The notes: a model not told the origin generated them from the sequence alone. 64,000 nt of DNA from Eledone cirrhosa (GCA_964016885.1 OZ024743.1:49600001-49664000), one strand, 5' to 3'; counted from the first letter of the stretch, positions 40,428 through 53,496 are shown. Translations and numbers: made by a program.

Positions 40428-40768
40428 GGAGGCACATGGCTTAGTGGTTAGAGCATTGGCCTTACAATCGAAAGGTTGTGAGTTCAATTATCAGACCGGG
40501 TGATGTGTTGTTTCCTTGAGCAAGACACTTTATTTCACATTGCTCCAGTTTACTCAGCTGTATAAATGAGAAACGACCACTTTGCAGTGGAATGATAGGG
40601 ACCCTATCTGCAAAGTGGTCGTGGAGGCGCCACGGCAAAAAAGCACCCAGCTCTCACTGTAAATAAGGTTGGTGTTAGGATGGGCATTCAGCTGTAGAAA
40701 TCAAGCCAGATCAGTTCCCGTCCCAAGCAGGGAAAAGCGGTGGCGTAAAATGATGATGATGATGATGA

Positions 40769-40772
<4 letters not shown>
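40428..40772 (+). mobile_element. SINE family B copy, full tRNA head, with an internal local inversion near 40578-40621
   Basis: A-box TGGCTTAGTGG, B-box GAGTTCAATT, CORE-like CCTTGAGCAAGACACTT, RTE tail and (GAT)n. Confidence 0.85.
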
Positions 40773-40797
<25 letters not shown>

Positions 40798-40801
<4 letters not shown>

Positions 40802-40891
40802 GAAGGAAATGTGGTAAGGAACCAGGTGGACCATAACGCACCAAAGTACTCAATACTTAGGGTAGTAGAGTGGGTAATAGGAACGAGTTCC
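40798..40891 (-). mobile_element. Family X fragment between (TA)n tracts
   Basis: Reverse complement of about 52380-52460 (GGAACCAGGTGGACCATAA...AGTACTC.ATACTTAGGGTAGTAGAGTGGGTAATAGG). Confidence 0.7.
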
Positions 40892-40930
40892 TATATATAT
40901 ATATATAAAAAAATGAAAAAAAATGAAATG

Positions 40931-40964
<34 letters not shown>

Positions 40965-41174
40965 GTGTGTGTGTGTATGCAAGAAGTGTATGCATAGAAA
41001 AGTGTCTGAGTATATATATATATATAAAGTTATATCTGTAGTATAAATACAGTGTGATACATACACACATATACATGGTTACACACACAGAGACAGGCAG
41101 AGCTATGTTTGAAAGAGTGTTTTTTGCTGTTATTTTAGTAAATTTCTAAAATTTCTGTTTTTGTTTCTGTTCAG

Positions 41175-41221
41175 GTGATGATGGAGACAACTTTTATGTC
41201 ATTGACCAAGGTGAAGTTGAT
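41175..41221 (+). CDS. PRKAR1: PKA RI internal exon (47 nt): (G)DDGDNFYVIDQGEVD
   Basis: TTTCTGTTCAG acceptor, GTAAGT donor; in frame with both neighbouring exons; matches RI GDEGDNFYVIDQGE.D. Confidence 0.96.
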
Positions 41222-41299
41222 GTAAGTATTTCCACATAAATATATCGCTTTATTATCATTGTTAACCTCACTGGCATAGCTTTATTATTACTACCATCA

Positions 41300-41465
41300 A
41301 GGGCAGTGGATTGCCAGTATTGGTAGAGGGTCGGAGGCCATGCTTAGCAGCAAAGTGTTACAGGCTTTTATGGTCTAAGTTCAAGTCCCGCCAAGAGTCA
41401 CTTTGCCTTTCATCCTCACGGGGTCGATAAAATAAAGTACCAGTAATGTACTGGGTTAATTGCCA
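41300..41465 (+). mobile_element. SINE family A copy
   Basis: Matches 13143-13330. Confidence 0.8.
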
Positions 41466-41654
41466 GCCACCACCATCATTACCATCATCATCACTATTGT
41501 CATAAGTATATCATCTTGTCAACATACAATCTGCTATGAAACCATTCTATTTTCACCACCTCCAAAATTCATTGTTTAAACAATTAAGGTTGACAAGTAG
41601 CAGTCCTCACTGCTTGTAGCCATACACAGATATTGGTTATCTATGGAATATGTG

Positions 41655-41800
41655 AAGGTGGGTGGCCTAGTGGTTTCAGTGTCAGTCTCACAATTGTAAG
41701 GTTGTATGTAGGTTCAATTCCCAGACCAGGTGGCACATTGTGCCCTCGAGCAAGGAACTTCATTTCAAATTGTTCCAGTGCACTCGGCTGAAAATGTGCA
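41655..41800 (+). mobile_element. SINE family B-related degenerate copy
   Basis: TGGCCTAGTGG, GGTTCAATTCC, CCCTCGAGCAAGGAACTTCATTTC. Confidence 0.65.
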
Positions 41801-42912
41801 TCAGCAGTATCTTGGTGTCTTGCATTCACAGTCACTTAATTGCTCTTCAACCAATTCAACCCTACCCAGCATTAGGGGAGGGGAGGGACAAAAACAAAAG
41901 AAAGAAAAATCCCTTAATATGGTCTTTCACAGTCACTGTGGGCCATAACCACTGGAAAACCACTAATACTAGCTCCTCACTACCACAAACACAACCATAG
42001 CCATCAACACCACTCATCCAAACACAACCATCACCACCAACACATTATCTTTATCACCACCACAAACAGTACACACTACTGTAACCACCACCACTACCAT
42101 ATACCACTATAACCACTACCCCCACCAATCTAAACATGACCACTACTTCTACCACCACCACCATTTCCAATAAACAATCATGCCAGTTGTATTTCTCCAC
42201 AGATGATCTATTAGTAGTTATCTTTTCCTTTTCTTTCTTTCCAAACAAGATACATTTCAATTTCCTGAGTCTTTTATTGATATATTGTGAAAGATTTCAG
42301 TTTAGATTGAAACCTTATCCCTATGTAAACAGCGTGCAGGCTATGGTGATTATAGAATGTCTTTTGTGTAACAATAGCAATTGCTAATGATGGAGGAAAG
42401 CAAAAACAAATTCTCTTCAGAAACATTCATCTACACACACACACACACGCACATAAATCCTTCTCAGCATGGCATCTCTCCCCATGTCTTGCCTTTGCCA
42501 TCTCCTCTGCCAGTCTCAGTGATTTGAGATCAGCTCTCACAACCTCAGCCCAGCTCCTTCTTGGTCGACCTCTACTGTGTCTTCCTTCCACTGGGATTTC
42601 CTGGCATTTTTTCACCAATCCATCATTGTCCATGCACATCACATGTTCATACCAATGCAGTCCATTCTGTCCTGGTCATTTCCAGTTGGTTAATTTATTC
42701 GCCTGATCTTTAAGTGTTTCAACTCAAGCCAGGTTATTGGTGTGCTTCTTCTCCTTTTTATCAGTCTCAATCCAATCTGTCTGACTATTATGTACAACAT
42801 CTTGCTCCCACATCCCTCCCTGGGTTGTTTAACCTCAGGGGTAGCATCGTTGGCTCTTTCTTTCCTTTCTAGCTGTTCAAATAACATCTGGTTGTTATTG
42901 AACATGTAGTGA

Positions 42913-45900
42913 ACATGTTAACTGTACTGTCTACCATGTCAACTGTACTGTCTACCATGTCAACTGTACTGTCTACCGTGTCAACTGTACTGTCTACCGT
43001 ATTAACTGTACTTTCTACCATGTTAACTGTACCGTCTACCGTGTTAACTGTACCGTCTACCGTGTTAACTGTACTTCTGCCGTGTTAACTGTACTGTCTA
43101 CCATGTTAACTGTACTGTCTACCATGTTAACTGTACTGTCTACCGTGTCAACTGTACTGTCTACCGTGTTAACTGTACTTTCTACCGTGTTAACTGTACC
43201 GTCTACCGTGTTAACTGTACCGTCTACTGTGTTAACTGTACTTCTGCCGTGTTAACTGTACTGTCTACCGTGTTAACTGTACCGTCTACCGTGTTAACTG
43301 TACCGTCTACCGTGTTAACTGTACTGTCTGCCGTGTTAACTGTACTTCTGCCGTGTTAACTGTACCGTCTACCGTGTTAACTGTACCGTCTACCGTGTTA
43401 ACTGTACCGTCTACCGTGTTAACTGTACCGTCTACCGTGTTAACTGTACCGTCTACCGTGTTAACTGTACCGTCTACCGTTTTAACTGCACCGTCTACCA
43501 TGTTAACTGTACCGTCTACCGTGTTAACTGCACCGTCTACCGTGTTAACTGTACTGTCTACCGTGTCAACTGTACCATCTACCGCGTTAACTGTACCGTC
43601 TACTGTGTTAACTGTACCGTCTACCGTGTTAACTGTACCGTCTACCGTGTTAACTGTACCGTCTACCGTGTTAACTGTACCGTCTGCCGTGTTAACTGTA
43701 CTGTCTGCCGTGTTAACTGTACCGTCTACCGGGTTAACTGTACCGTCTACCGTGTTAACTGTATCGTCTACCATGTCAACTGTAGTCTACCATGTTAACT
43801 GTACTGTCTACCATGTTAACTGTACCGTCTACCATGTTAACTGTACCGTCTACCGTGTCAACTGTACCGTCTACCGTGTTAACTGTACCGTCTACCATGT
43901 TAACTGTACCGTCTACCGTGTTAACTGTACCGTCTACCGTGTTAACTGTACCGTCTACCGTGTTAACTGTACCGTCTACCGTGTTAAATGTACCGTCTAC
44001 CGTGTTAACTGTATCGTCTACCATGTTAACTGTACTGTCTACCATGTCAACTGTACCATCTACCATGTCAACTGTACCATCTACCATGTTAACTGTACTG
44101 TCTACCATGTTAACTGTACTGTCTACCGTCTTAACTGTACTGTCTACCGTGTTAACTGTACTGTCTACCGTGTTAACTGTACCGTTACCTTGTTAACTGT
44201 ACCGTCTACCGTGTTAACTGTACCGTCTACCGTGTTAACTGTACCGTCTGCCGTGTTAACTGTACCGTCTGCCGTGTTAACTGTACTGTCTGCCGTGTTA
44301 ACTGTACCGTCTGCCGTGTTAACTGTACTGTCTGCCGTGTTAACTGTACCGTCTACCGTGTTAACTGTACCGTCTACCGTGTTAACTGTACCGTCTGCCG
44401 TGTTAACTGTACCGTCTGCCGTGTTAACTGTACTGTCTGCCGTGTTAACTGTACCGTCTGCCGTGTTAACTGTACCGTCTGCCGGGTTAACTGTACCGTC
44501 TACCATGTTAACTGTACCGTCTACCGTGTTAACTGTACCGTCTACCGTGTTAACTGTACCGTCTACCATGTCAACTGTAGTCTACCATGTTAACTGTACT
44601 GTCTACCATGTTAACTGTACCGTCTACCGTGTTAACTGTACCGTCTACCGTGTTAACTGTACCGTCTACCATGTCAACTGTAGTCTACCATGTTAACTGT
44701 ACTGTCTACCATGTTAACTGTACCGTCTACCGTGTTAACTGTACCGTCTACCGTGTTAACTGTACCGTCTACCATGTCAACTGTAGTCTACCATGTTAAC
44801 TGTACTGTCTACCATGTTAACTGTACCGTCTACCATGTTAACTGTACCGTCTACCATGTTAACTGTACCGTCTACCATGTTAACTGTACCGTCTACTGTG
44901 TCAACTGTACCGTCTACCGTGTTAACTGTACCGTCTACCGTGTTAACTGTACCGTCTACCATGTCAACTGTAGTCTACCATGTTAACTGTACTGTCTACC
45001 ATGTTAACTGTACCGTCTACCGTGTTAACTGTACCGTCTACCGTGTTAACTGTACCGTCTACCATGTCAACTGTAGTCTACCATGTTAACTGTACTGTCT
45101 ACCATGTTAACTGTACCGTCTACCGTGTTAACTGTACCGTCTACCGTGTTAACTGTACCGTCTACCATGTCAACTGTAGTCTACCATGTTAACTGTACTG
45201 TCTACCATGTTAACTGTACCGTCTACCATGTTAACTGTACCGTCTACCATGTTAACTGTACCGTCTACCATGTTAACTGTACCGTCTACTGTGTCAACTG
45301 TACCGTCTACCGTGTTAACTGTACCGTCTACCATGTTAACTGTACCGTCTACCGTGTTAACTGTACCGTCTACCGTGTTAACTGTACCGTCTACCGTGTT
45401 AACTGTACCGTCTACCGTGTTAACTGTACCGTCTACCGTGTTAACTGTATCGTCTACCATGTTAACTGTACTGTCTACCATGTTAACTGTACTGTCTACC
45501 ATGTCAACTGTACCATCTACCATGTTAACTGTACTGTCTACCATGTTAACTGTACTGTCTACCGTGTTAACTGTACTGTCTACCGTCTTAACTGTACTGT
45601 CTACCTTGTTAACTGTACTGTCTACCGTGTTAACTGTACCGTTACCGTGTTAACTGTACTGTCTACCGTGTCAACTGTACCGTCTACCGCGTTAACTGTA
45701 CCGTCTACCGTGTTAACTGTACCGTCTACCGTGTTAACTGTACCGTCTACCGTGTTAACTGTACCGTCTGCCGTGTTAACTGTACCGTCTGCCGTGTTAA
45801 CTGTACTGTCTGCCGTGTTAACTGTACCGTCTGCCGCGTTAACTGTACCGTCTACCGTGTTAACTGTACTGTCTACCGTGTCAACTGTACCGTCTACCGT

Positions 45901-48100
45901 GTTAACTGTACCGTCTACTGTGTTAACTGTACTGTCTACCATGTTAACTGTACTGTCTACCATGTTAACTGTATTGTCTACCATGTCAACTGTAGTCTAC
46001 CATGTTAACTGTACCGTCTACTGTGTTAACTGTACTGTCTACCATGTTAACTGTACTGTCTACCATGTTAACTGTACCATCTACCATGTTAACTGTACTG
46101 TCTACCATGTTAACTGTACTGTCTACCATGTTAATTGTACCGTCTACCATGTTAACTGTACTGTCTACCATGTTAACTGTACCATCTACCGTGTTAACTG
46201 TACTGTCTACCATGTTAACTGTACCATCTACCGTGTTAACTGTACCGTCTACCGTGTTAACTGCACCGTCTACCGTGTTAACTGTCCTGTCTACCGTGTT
46301 AACTGTACCGTGTACCGTCTACCGTGTTAACTGTACCGTGTACCGTCTACCGTGTTAACTGTACCGTCTACCATGTCAACTGTACCGTCTACCGTGTTAA
46401 CTGTACCGTCTACCGTGTTAACTGTACCATCTACCGTGTTAACTGTACCGTCTACCGTGTTAACTGTACCGTCTACCGTGTTAACTGTACCGTCTACCGT
46501 GTTAACTGTACTGTGTACCATTTTAACTGTCCTGTCTACCGTGTTAACTGTACCGTGTACCGTCTACCGTGTTAACTGTACCGTGTACCGTCTACCATGT
46601 TAACTGTACTGTCTACCATGTTAACTGTACTGTCTACCGTGTTAACTGTACCGTCTACCGTTTTAACTGTACCGTCTACCGTGTTAACTGTACCGTCTAC
46701 CGTGTTAACTGTACCGTCTACCGTGTTAACTGTACTGCCTACCGTGTTAACTGTACCGTCTACCGTGTTAACTGTACCGTCTACCGTGTTAACTGTACCG
46801 TCTACCGTGTTAACTGTACTGCCTACCGTGTTAACTGTCCTGTCTACCGTGTTAACTGTACCGTGTACCGTGTTAACTGTACCGTGTACCGTCTACCATG
46901 TTAACTGTACTGTCTACCATGTTAACTGTACTGTCTACCATGTTAATTGTACCGTCTACCATGTTAACTGTACTGTCTACCATGTTAACTGTACCATCTA
47001 CCGTGTTAACTGTACTGTCTACCATGTTAACTGTACCATCTACCGTGTTAACTGTACCGTCTACCGTGTTAACTGCACCGTCTACCGTGTTAACTGTCCT
47101 GTCTACCGTGTTAACTGTACCGTGTACCGTCTACCGTGTTAACTGTACCGTGTACCGTCTACCGTGTTAACTGTACCGTCTACCATGTCAACTGTACCGT
47201 CTACCGTGTTAACTGTACCGTCTACCGTGTTAACTGTACCATCTACCGTGTTAACTGTACCGTCTACCGTGTTAACTGTACCGTCTACCGTGTTAACTGT
47301 ACTGTGTACCATTTTAACTGTCCTGTCTACCGTGTTAACTGTACCGTGTACCGTCTACCGTGTTAACTGTACCGTGTACCGTCTACCATGTTAACTGTAC
47401 TGTCTACCATGTTAACTGTACTGTCTACCGTGTTAACTGTACCGTCTACCGTTTTAACTGTACCGTCTACCGTGTTAACTGTACCGTCTACCGTGTTAAC
47501 TGTACCGTCTACCGTGTTAACTGTACTGCCTACCGTGTTAACTGTACCGTCTACCGTGTTAACTGTACCGTCTACCGTGTTAACTGTACCGTCTACCGTG
47601 TTAACTGTACTGCCTACCGTGTTAACTGTCCTGTCTACCGTGTTAACTGTACCGTGTACCGTGTTAACTGTACCGTGTACCGTCTACCATGTTAACTGTA
47701 CTGTCTACCATGTTAACTGTACTGTCTACCGTGTTAACTGTACCGTCTACCGTGTTAACTGTACTGTCTACCATGTTAACTGTACTGTCTACCGTGTTAA
47801 CTGTACTGTCTACCGTGTTAACTGTACTGTCTACCATGTTAACTGTACTGCTTACCGTGTTAACTACTGTCTACCGTGTTAACTGTACTGTTTACCGTGT
47901 TAACTGTACTGTCTACCATGTTAACTGTACTGTCTACCATGTCAACTGTACTATCTACCGTGTTAACTGTACCGTGTTAACTGTACTGTCTACCGTGTCA
48001 ACTGTCCTGTCTACCATGTCAACTGTCCTGTCTACTGTGTCAACTGTACTGTCTACCGTGTTAACTGTACTGTCTACCGTGTTAACTGTACTGTCTACCA
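42913..48100. repeat. 21-bp satellite CTACC(G/A)TGTTAACTGTAC(C/T)GT, about 5.2 kb, with higher-order blocks
   Basis: Tandem periodicity; produces repetitive ORFs on both strands; ends 31 bp before the exon acceptor. Confidence 0.98.
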
Positions 48101-48131
48101 ATGACTGATCCATTCTGTTCTCTCTTTCCAG

Positions 48132-48230
48132 GTTTATGTAAATAATGATCATGTGACCACCATTGGTGAAGGCGGAAGTTTTGGAGAACTGGCCCTAATT
48201 TATGGCATACCTAGAGCAGCGACAGTTAAA
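48132..48230 (+). CDS. PRKAR1: PKA RI internal exon (99 nt): [33 protein letters not shown], containing the phosphate-binding cassette of CNB-A
   Basis: TCTCTTTCCAG acceptor, branch-like CTGAT at 48105, GTGAGT donor; FGELAL...PRAATV signature. Confidence 0.97.
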
Positions 48231-49060
48231 GTGAGTTACTCTTTTTCTCTCTCTAGTCACCTGCCTCTCTCTTTCTCCATTGTCATGACAACTACCATCC
48301 ATTGTCATGACAACTACACCCCCATTGTTATGACAACTACTCCCCCATTGTCACGACAATGGATCGTAGTTGTAATGACAACTACCCATCACTATGACAA
48401 CTGCTAATCACTATGGTAATTGCTATGACAATTGTAGATCACTATCATAACTACCTATCACTGTGGCAACTTCCCGTTGTCATGACAACTGTACTTAACT
48501 ATAGGATACAAAATGAATCAGTTTTTCCTTTCCACATTCAGTTATGAAAAATAAACACAAATTTATCCATCACTTCCTCTCTACTTCCCCCCACACTTCC
48601 TCTCTCACTACCTCCCCACCACCTTTATCTCAGAACTTACCTTCTCTCTATCACCTCCTCTCTCTGTATCAACCTTCTCCTCCGCACCCCTTCTTCTCCA
48701 TCTCCTTTCTCAGTACCCCCTTCCTCCTCCTCTCTCCAGTACCTACCATTCCCCACCTCATACAGTACCCATCCTCACACTCCACCTCTTTTCTCGGTAC
48801 TCCTTCCCCCTCCTCCCAGTACCTCCTCCACCACCACTCTCCCCCTACCGTACCCCACTACCACCCGACACTCCAGTTATTATCTATATCCAGCTAACAC
48901 AAAAATATGGCTTTTTCTAACAACTTAAAGGTTTTCAGTCAAAATTAAAGGAAACAATTTCAAATTGAACTAGAAAAATAGATATATCACTTTAATGTTC
49001 TTTATAAATAACTCTTTCCCCCTCTCTCTCTCATTCTCTGCTCTCTCTCTCTCTCTCTCT

Positions 49061-49123
<63 letters not shown>

Positions 49124-49521
49124 GACGTTCTGTCTCTTTCTTCTCTCTGTCTATAAAAAAACAGGGTTTACAGGATCCTTCAGTTCTGTCATGCCATGAC
49201 AACCCCTCTAGTGTTGGTGGTCTACTCAACACTCCCAGTACACACTATAAAGTGGTTGGTGATAGGAAGGGTATCCAAACAAAATTTTGGGAGGACCCTT
49301 TAGTTGTATCAAAGACATGACAACCTTTCTTGTGCACTCAATAGAACGTAAGACTGTATGTTAGTGAGATACAGGCCCTTGACCTCTCTGGGAGGTTGGT
49401 AGTACCACTTCACTACTGACTTAGTTTATTTAGATCCATACAACCTTTCCTAACAGGGAAAGTGGATGTTAAACAATACAGATAATAATATATATACGTA
49501 CAGATGATAATATATATACGT

Positions 49522-50870
49522 ACTAGAGAACTAGAGAAGAAATTCGAAACATGGAAGCATGGCCTAGAATCAAGAGGACTTAAAGTTAACTTGTCTAAGA
49601 TTAAAGTTCTAGTTTGTAGAAATGAAAATAGGGCACAGGTGCCCTCAGGGAAATCGCCATGCTCAGTGTGTAGGAAAGGAGTAGGCAGATATTCCATTTT
49701 ATGTCCCAAATGCAAAGTATGGGTACATAAAAGATGTAGTGGGATCACAGGTAAACTATCTAAGAACAAAGACTTTATATGTGGCCGATGCTCAGGTGCA
49801 ATAAATAGCAAGTGTCCACAGGATACTAGCTCCTTCTATTGCCCAGATGGTTCTATAGAAATAGTAGACATTTTCCGTTACCTGGGTGACGAAATCAGCA
49901 GTGGAGGAGGGTATTCTGAAAGTACAGTAGCCAGAGTCAGAACGGGATGGAAAAAGTTCAGAGAGTTTATACCGCTGTTGGCCACGAAAGGTTTCTCTCT
50001 AAAAATGAAAGCAGATTGTATGATGCTTGTATACGAACAGCAATGTTACATGGCAGTGAGACATGGGCATTACGTGCAGAGGACCTGCGCAGACTGGAAA
50101 GGAATGAAGCATGCATGCTCCATTGGATGTGTAATAGTAATATACGTGAACGGCAAAGCATAAATGAACTAAGTGAGAAATTAGGAATAAGAGGGATCAG
50201 ATGCTGTTTACTTGAGAGAAGACTACGTTGGTATGGCCATGTGATGCGCATGAAAGACGACAGCTGTATAAAAAGGTGTAGGGCGATCAAAATTGATGGT
50301 AGTTACGGAGTAGATAGACCCAGAAAAACTTTGGACGATTTAATAAAATCCGATCTTACACGCTTGCACCTCTCTAAGACAATGTCTCTGGACCGAGATC
50401 TTTGGCGCTACGCAGTAATACAGAAGACCCGCCTTGCCTATGTACAAAGCGAAACCTACAGTCAGTAGGCACCTCTTAACCAAATATACACTACAATCCA
50501 CTACCTTTACCCTATCCTCCCACTCCCACCAACACCACCCTCTCTCTGTAAAGTTGGTACCACAACATCCAGTCCAAATAAATGAGATAATGAGATCGAG
50601 ATTGTGTAGGTATCATGACAAAAAAAACACGCAGTCCAGGCTGTAATGTGGCCGTGTAGGTAACATGGTAAAAAGTTCCCAGTTCCACACTGTAAATGTG
50701 GTTGGTGTTAGGAAGGGCATCCAGCCGTAGAAAACCTGCCAGATAGTCCTATATGAGTGAGACACGGTCACCCGATTAACCTTGACTCAAATTGGGACAA
50801 CTCCCGTCTAACCCATACTAGCGTGGAAAATGGACGTTAAACGATGAAGATGATGATGATGATGATGATA
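49522..50870 (+). mobile_element. 5'-truncated RTE LINE (PHD type), frameshifted, (GAT)n tail
   Basis: ORFs 49504-50163 and 49947-50468 are homologous to 36969-38363. Confidence 0.9.
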
Positions 50871-50929
50871 ATATATATACATACAGATGATAATATATAT
50901 ACATACAGATGATAATATATACATACAGA

Positions 50930-51115
50930 TGTGGATTCGCAGTATCGGTAGAGGGTTGGACACCATGCTTTGATGCATAGAGTTATGGCCCTTGCCATTC
51001 TGAGTTCAAATCCTGCCAAGGTTAACTTAGTCTTTCATCCTTACAAGGTCAATAAAATAAAGTACCAGTAATGCGCTGGGATAATTGCTGGCCTTGTGCC
51101 AAAAGTAGAAACAAA
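50930..51115 (+). mobile_element. SINE family A copy
   Basis: Matches 13143-13330. Confidence 0.82.
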
Positions 51116-51769
51116 TATATATACATACACACATATCATGGGCTTCTACACTGTTTTTGTCTACTAAATTTCATTCACAAGATATTGGTTAACCCAATGC
51201 TACAGTAGAAGGTACTTGCTCAAGGAACCAAGGAACAGGATTTAACTTGGAATCATATAGCTGTGAAGTGATCTTAAACACAGATCTCCACACATAAACA
51301 TACTGAACAGTCCTGCTTTCTCTAGTTTTCTTCTCTTATATAATTGCATCTTTCTCCCCACCCTTCAGTCCTAAATCTCTGAACCTTTTCAACCAATTAA
51401 GATCTTCATTAGAAGTTATTTAAATTATGTTTGCTTTTACAGTTACTAGTGTCTTTTAGTGTCTGTGACTAATTCTATTTAATCTCATGGTTGACTTAAC
51501 TCACTTGGTGGTTAGTATTCCAGTTAGATATAACTACATGACTGAATACACTCCAGTAAACATCTGTAAAAGTTATAGTAGGTTATATATTTATCTCACA
51601 ATCTCTGCTGTAATGAAGCTGATTATAGGTGATGATGACAATTGTCATACTACATTTGAAGGAAGTTTACGGTAAAGATATAGAGATAAAACACTATATT
51701 AACTACATATCCAACAAGTTTACTGTAGACAGATGAAAAGACACTACACTATATGTTAATTACATATCG

Positions 51770-52060
51770 AGGAAATTTACAGTAGATAGTAATGTGGAGA
51801 CACTACACTATATATATGCTACATATCCAGGAAATTTACAGTAGATAGTAATGTGGAGACACTACACTATATATATATGCTACATATCCAGGAAATTTAC
51901 AGTAGATAGTAATGTGGAGACACTATACTAACTACACTATATATATATGCTACATATCCAGGAAATTTACAGTAGATAGTAATGTGGAGACACTACACTA
52001 ACTACACTATATATATATGCTACATATCCAGGAAATTTACAGTAAATAGTAATGTGGAGA
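51770..52060. repeat. 59-70-bp minisatellite GGAAATTTACAGTAGATAGTAATGTGGAGACACTACAC(TA)nTGCTACATATCCA
   Basis: About 4.5 tandem copies, with more diverged copies upstream. Confidence 0.88.
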
Positions 52061-52318
52061 GATATAAGAACTGAAACTCTTATTTCGCTATTATCTAATC
52101 AACTCCCATAATTGTCAACTGTGTTACCATAGAACTGTGTCAGTGAACAGATCATGAACAGTGAAATGAAAATTTTGACATCAAGAAATTTATGATACAT
52201 GTGAAGTTAACAGTTTTGTGAGTACACAAGTAAAACTAACAAGAAAAAGTAACAAGTTTCAAACTTGACCTTAAGTAATATATATATATATATATATTAC
52301 TTTTCTTGTTAGTTTTAC

Positions 52319-52463
52319 AGGTTTAGTTCAGATCTAGCTGTTGAAACAGCCAGAGCTCACCCGTCGGGGTCCTGACTTTTTCCCTATTACCCACTCTACT
52401 ACCCTAAGTATCGAGTACTCTGGTTCATTATGGTCCACCTGGTTCCTTACTACACTTTTTTTG

Positions 52464-52467
<4 letters not shown>
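52319..52467 (+). mobile_element. Family X element abutting (TA)n
   Basis: Shared with 40798-40891 and 61522-61672, more distantly with 14919-15060 and 29665-29850. Confidence 0.7.
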
Positions 52468-52505
<38 letters not shown>

Positions 52506-52771
52506 CTGTATGTGGTTGATGGACAAGAGAAATGAGTACTCAATACAAAAGTAGTTTAAATATTCATTTATTTTGGCTAAATAGTCTATTTAGCCAAAAT
52601 AAATGAATATATATATGTGTGTGTGTGTGTGTATATATTAATTCAAAACATTATAGAGTTAACTATGTCTAATACATAATCATCTCAATGAAAAGATAAG
52701 GTATATTAATAAATTATCTACTCAAAGAAATTATAAAATATTCCCCCAAATGAAATTTTGGCTTAAGTTTA

Positions 52772-52822
<51 letters not shown>

Positions 52823-53496
52823 CAGAAAATGCACACAGAAAAGAGTTACATAAGATGAACAGACAGCTGTATTGTTACCTCATTAGCCACTTTGCTGGCA
52901 TGGAATTTTGTACATTTAGGTGGTATTGTACTGATGATACCAGTTTGTGCAACAGATGGAGAATCACTCGGTTGGTAAGATGCATGTGAAACGATAACAA
53001 AATAGAAACAAATACATAACAGATAAATACATAAAAATATAGAATTAGTAGACAAGAGACAGCCTATAAAATGTGCTGTTAAGTCATGTTACTCTGGAGT
53101 TTCATCTATACTCACAGGGTTATCAGACATCACTAAACACACGGTATATATTACATTGTATTGCAATACAATTGTGTTTGCTAGTAAGAATTGGTTAGAT
53201 AACACATCTCTTGCACAAAAGAATGAAATCAATCGACCATAATAAGATTTATTACAGAGAAATCTGTTTTAGAAATCTGTTATTATTCTGTGAAATTCTC
53301 TCAACAAAAATCCTGTTTACGTTGATGTCAAGAAAGATAACTCCACATAAAAGGATTGATTACAGAATTATAAACACAGAGATGTGGCTTCTTGTTGTAG
53401 TGGTAGTGGTTGTTATGGTAGAGTGTATATGTAGCTGTATATGTAATACTGTATCTCTGTGTGTGTAGCTGTATATACTGTGTGTAACAGTATGTA

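Noticed and set aside
40428-40500. tRNA gene (also 13143-13235)
   Set aside because: A/B boxes continue into SINE core and tail; multicopy and no convincing cloverleaf.
43307-48152. Long repetitive ORFs (TVDGTVN / VLTVPST / VYRVNCT) resembling antifreeze or ice-nucleation proteins
   Set aside because: By-product of a 21-bp unit that is open on both strands; frames break at 19-bp variants and the array lies between two PKA exons.
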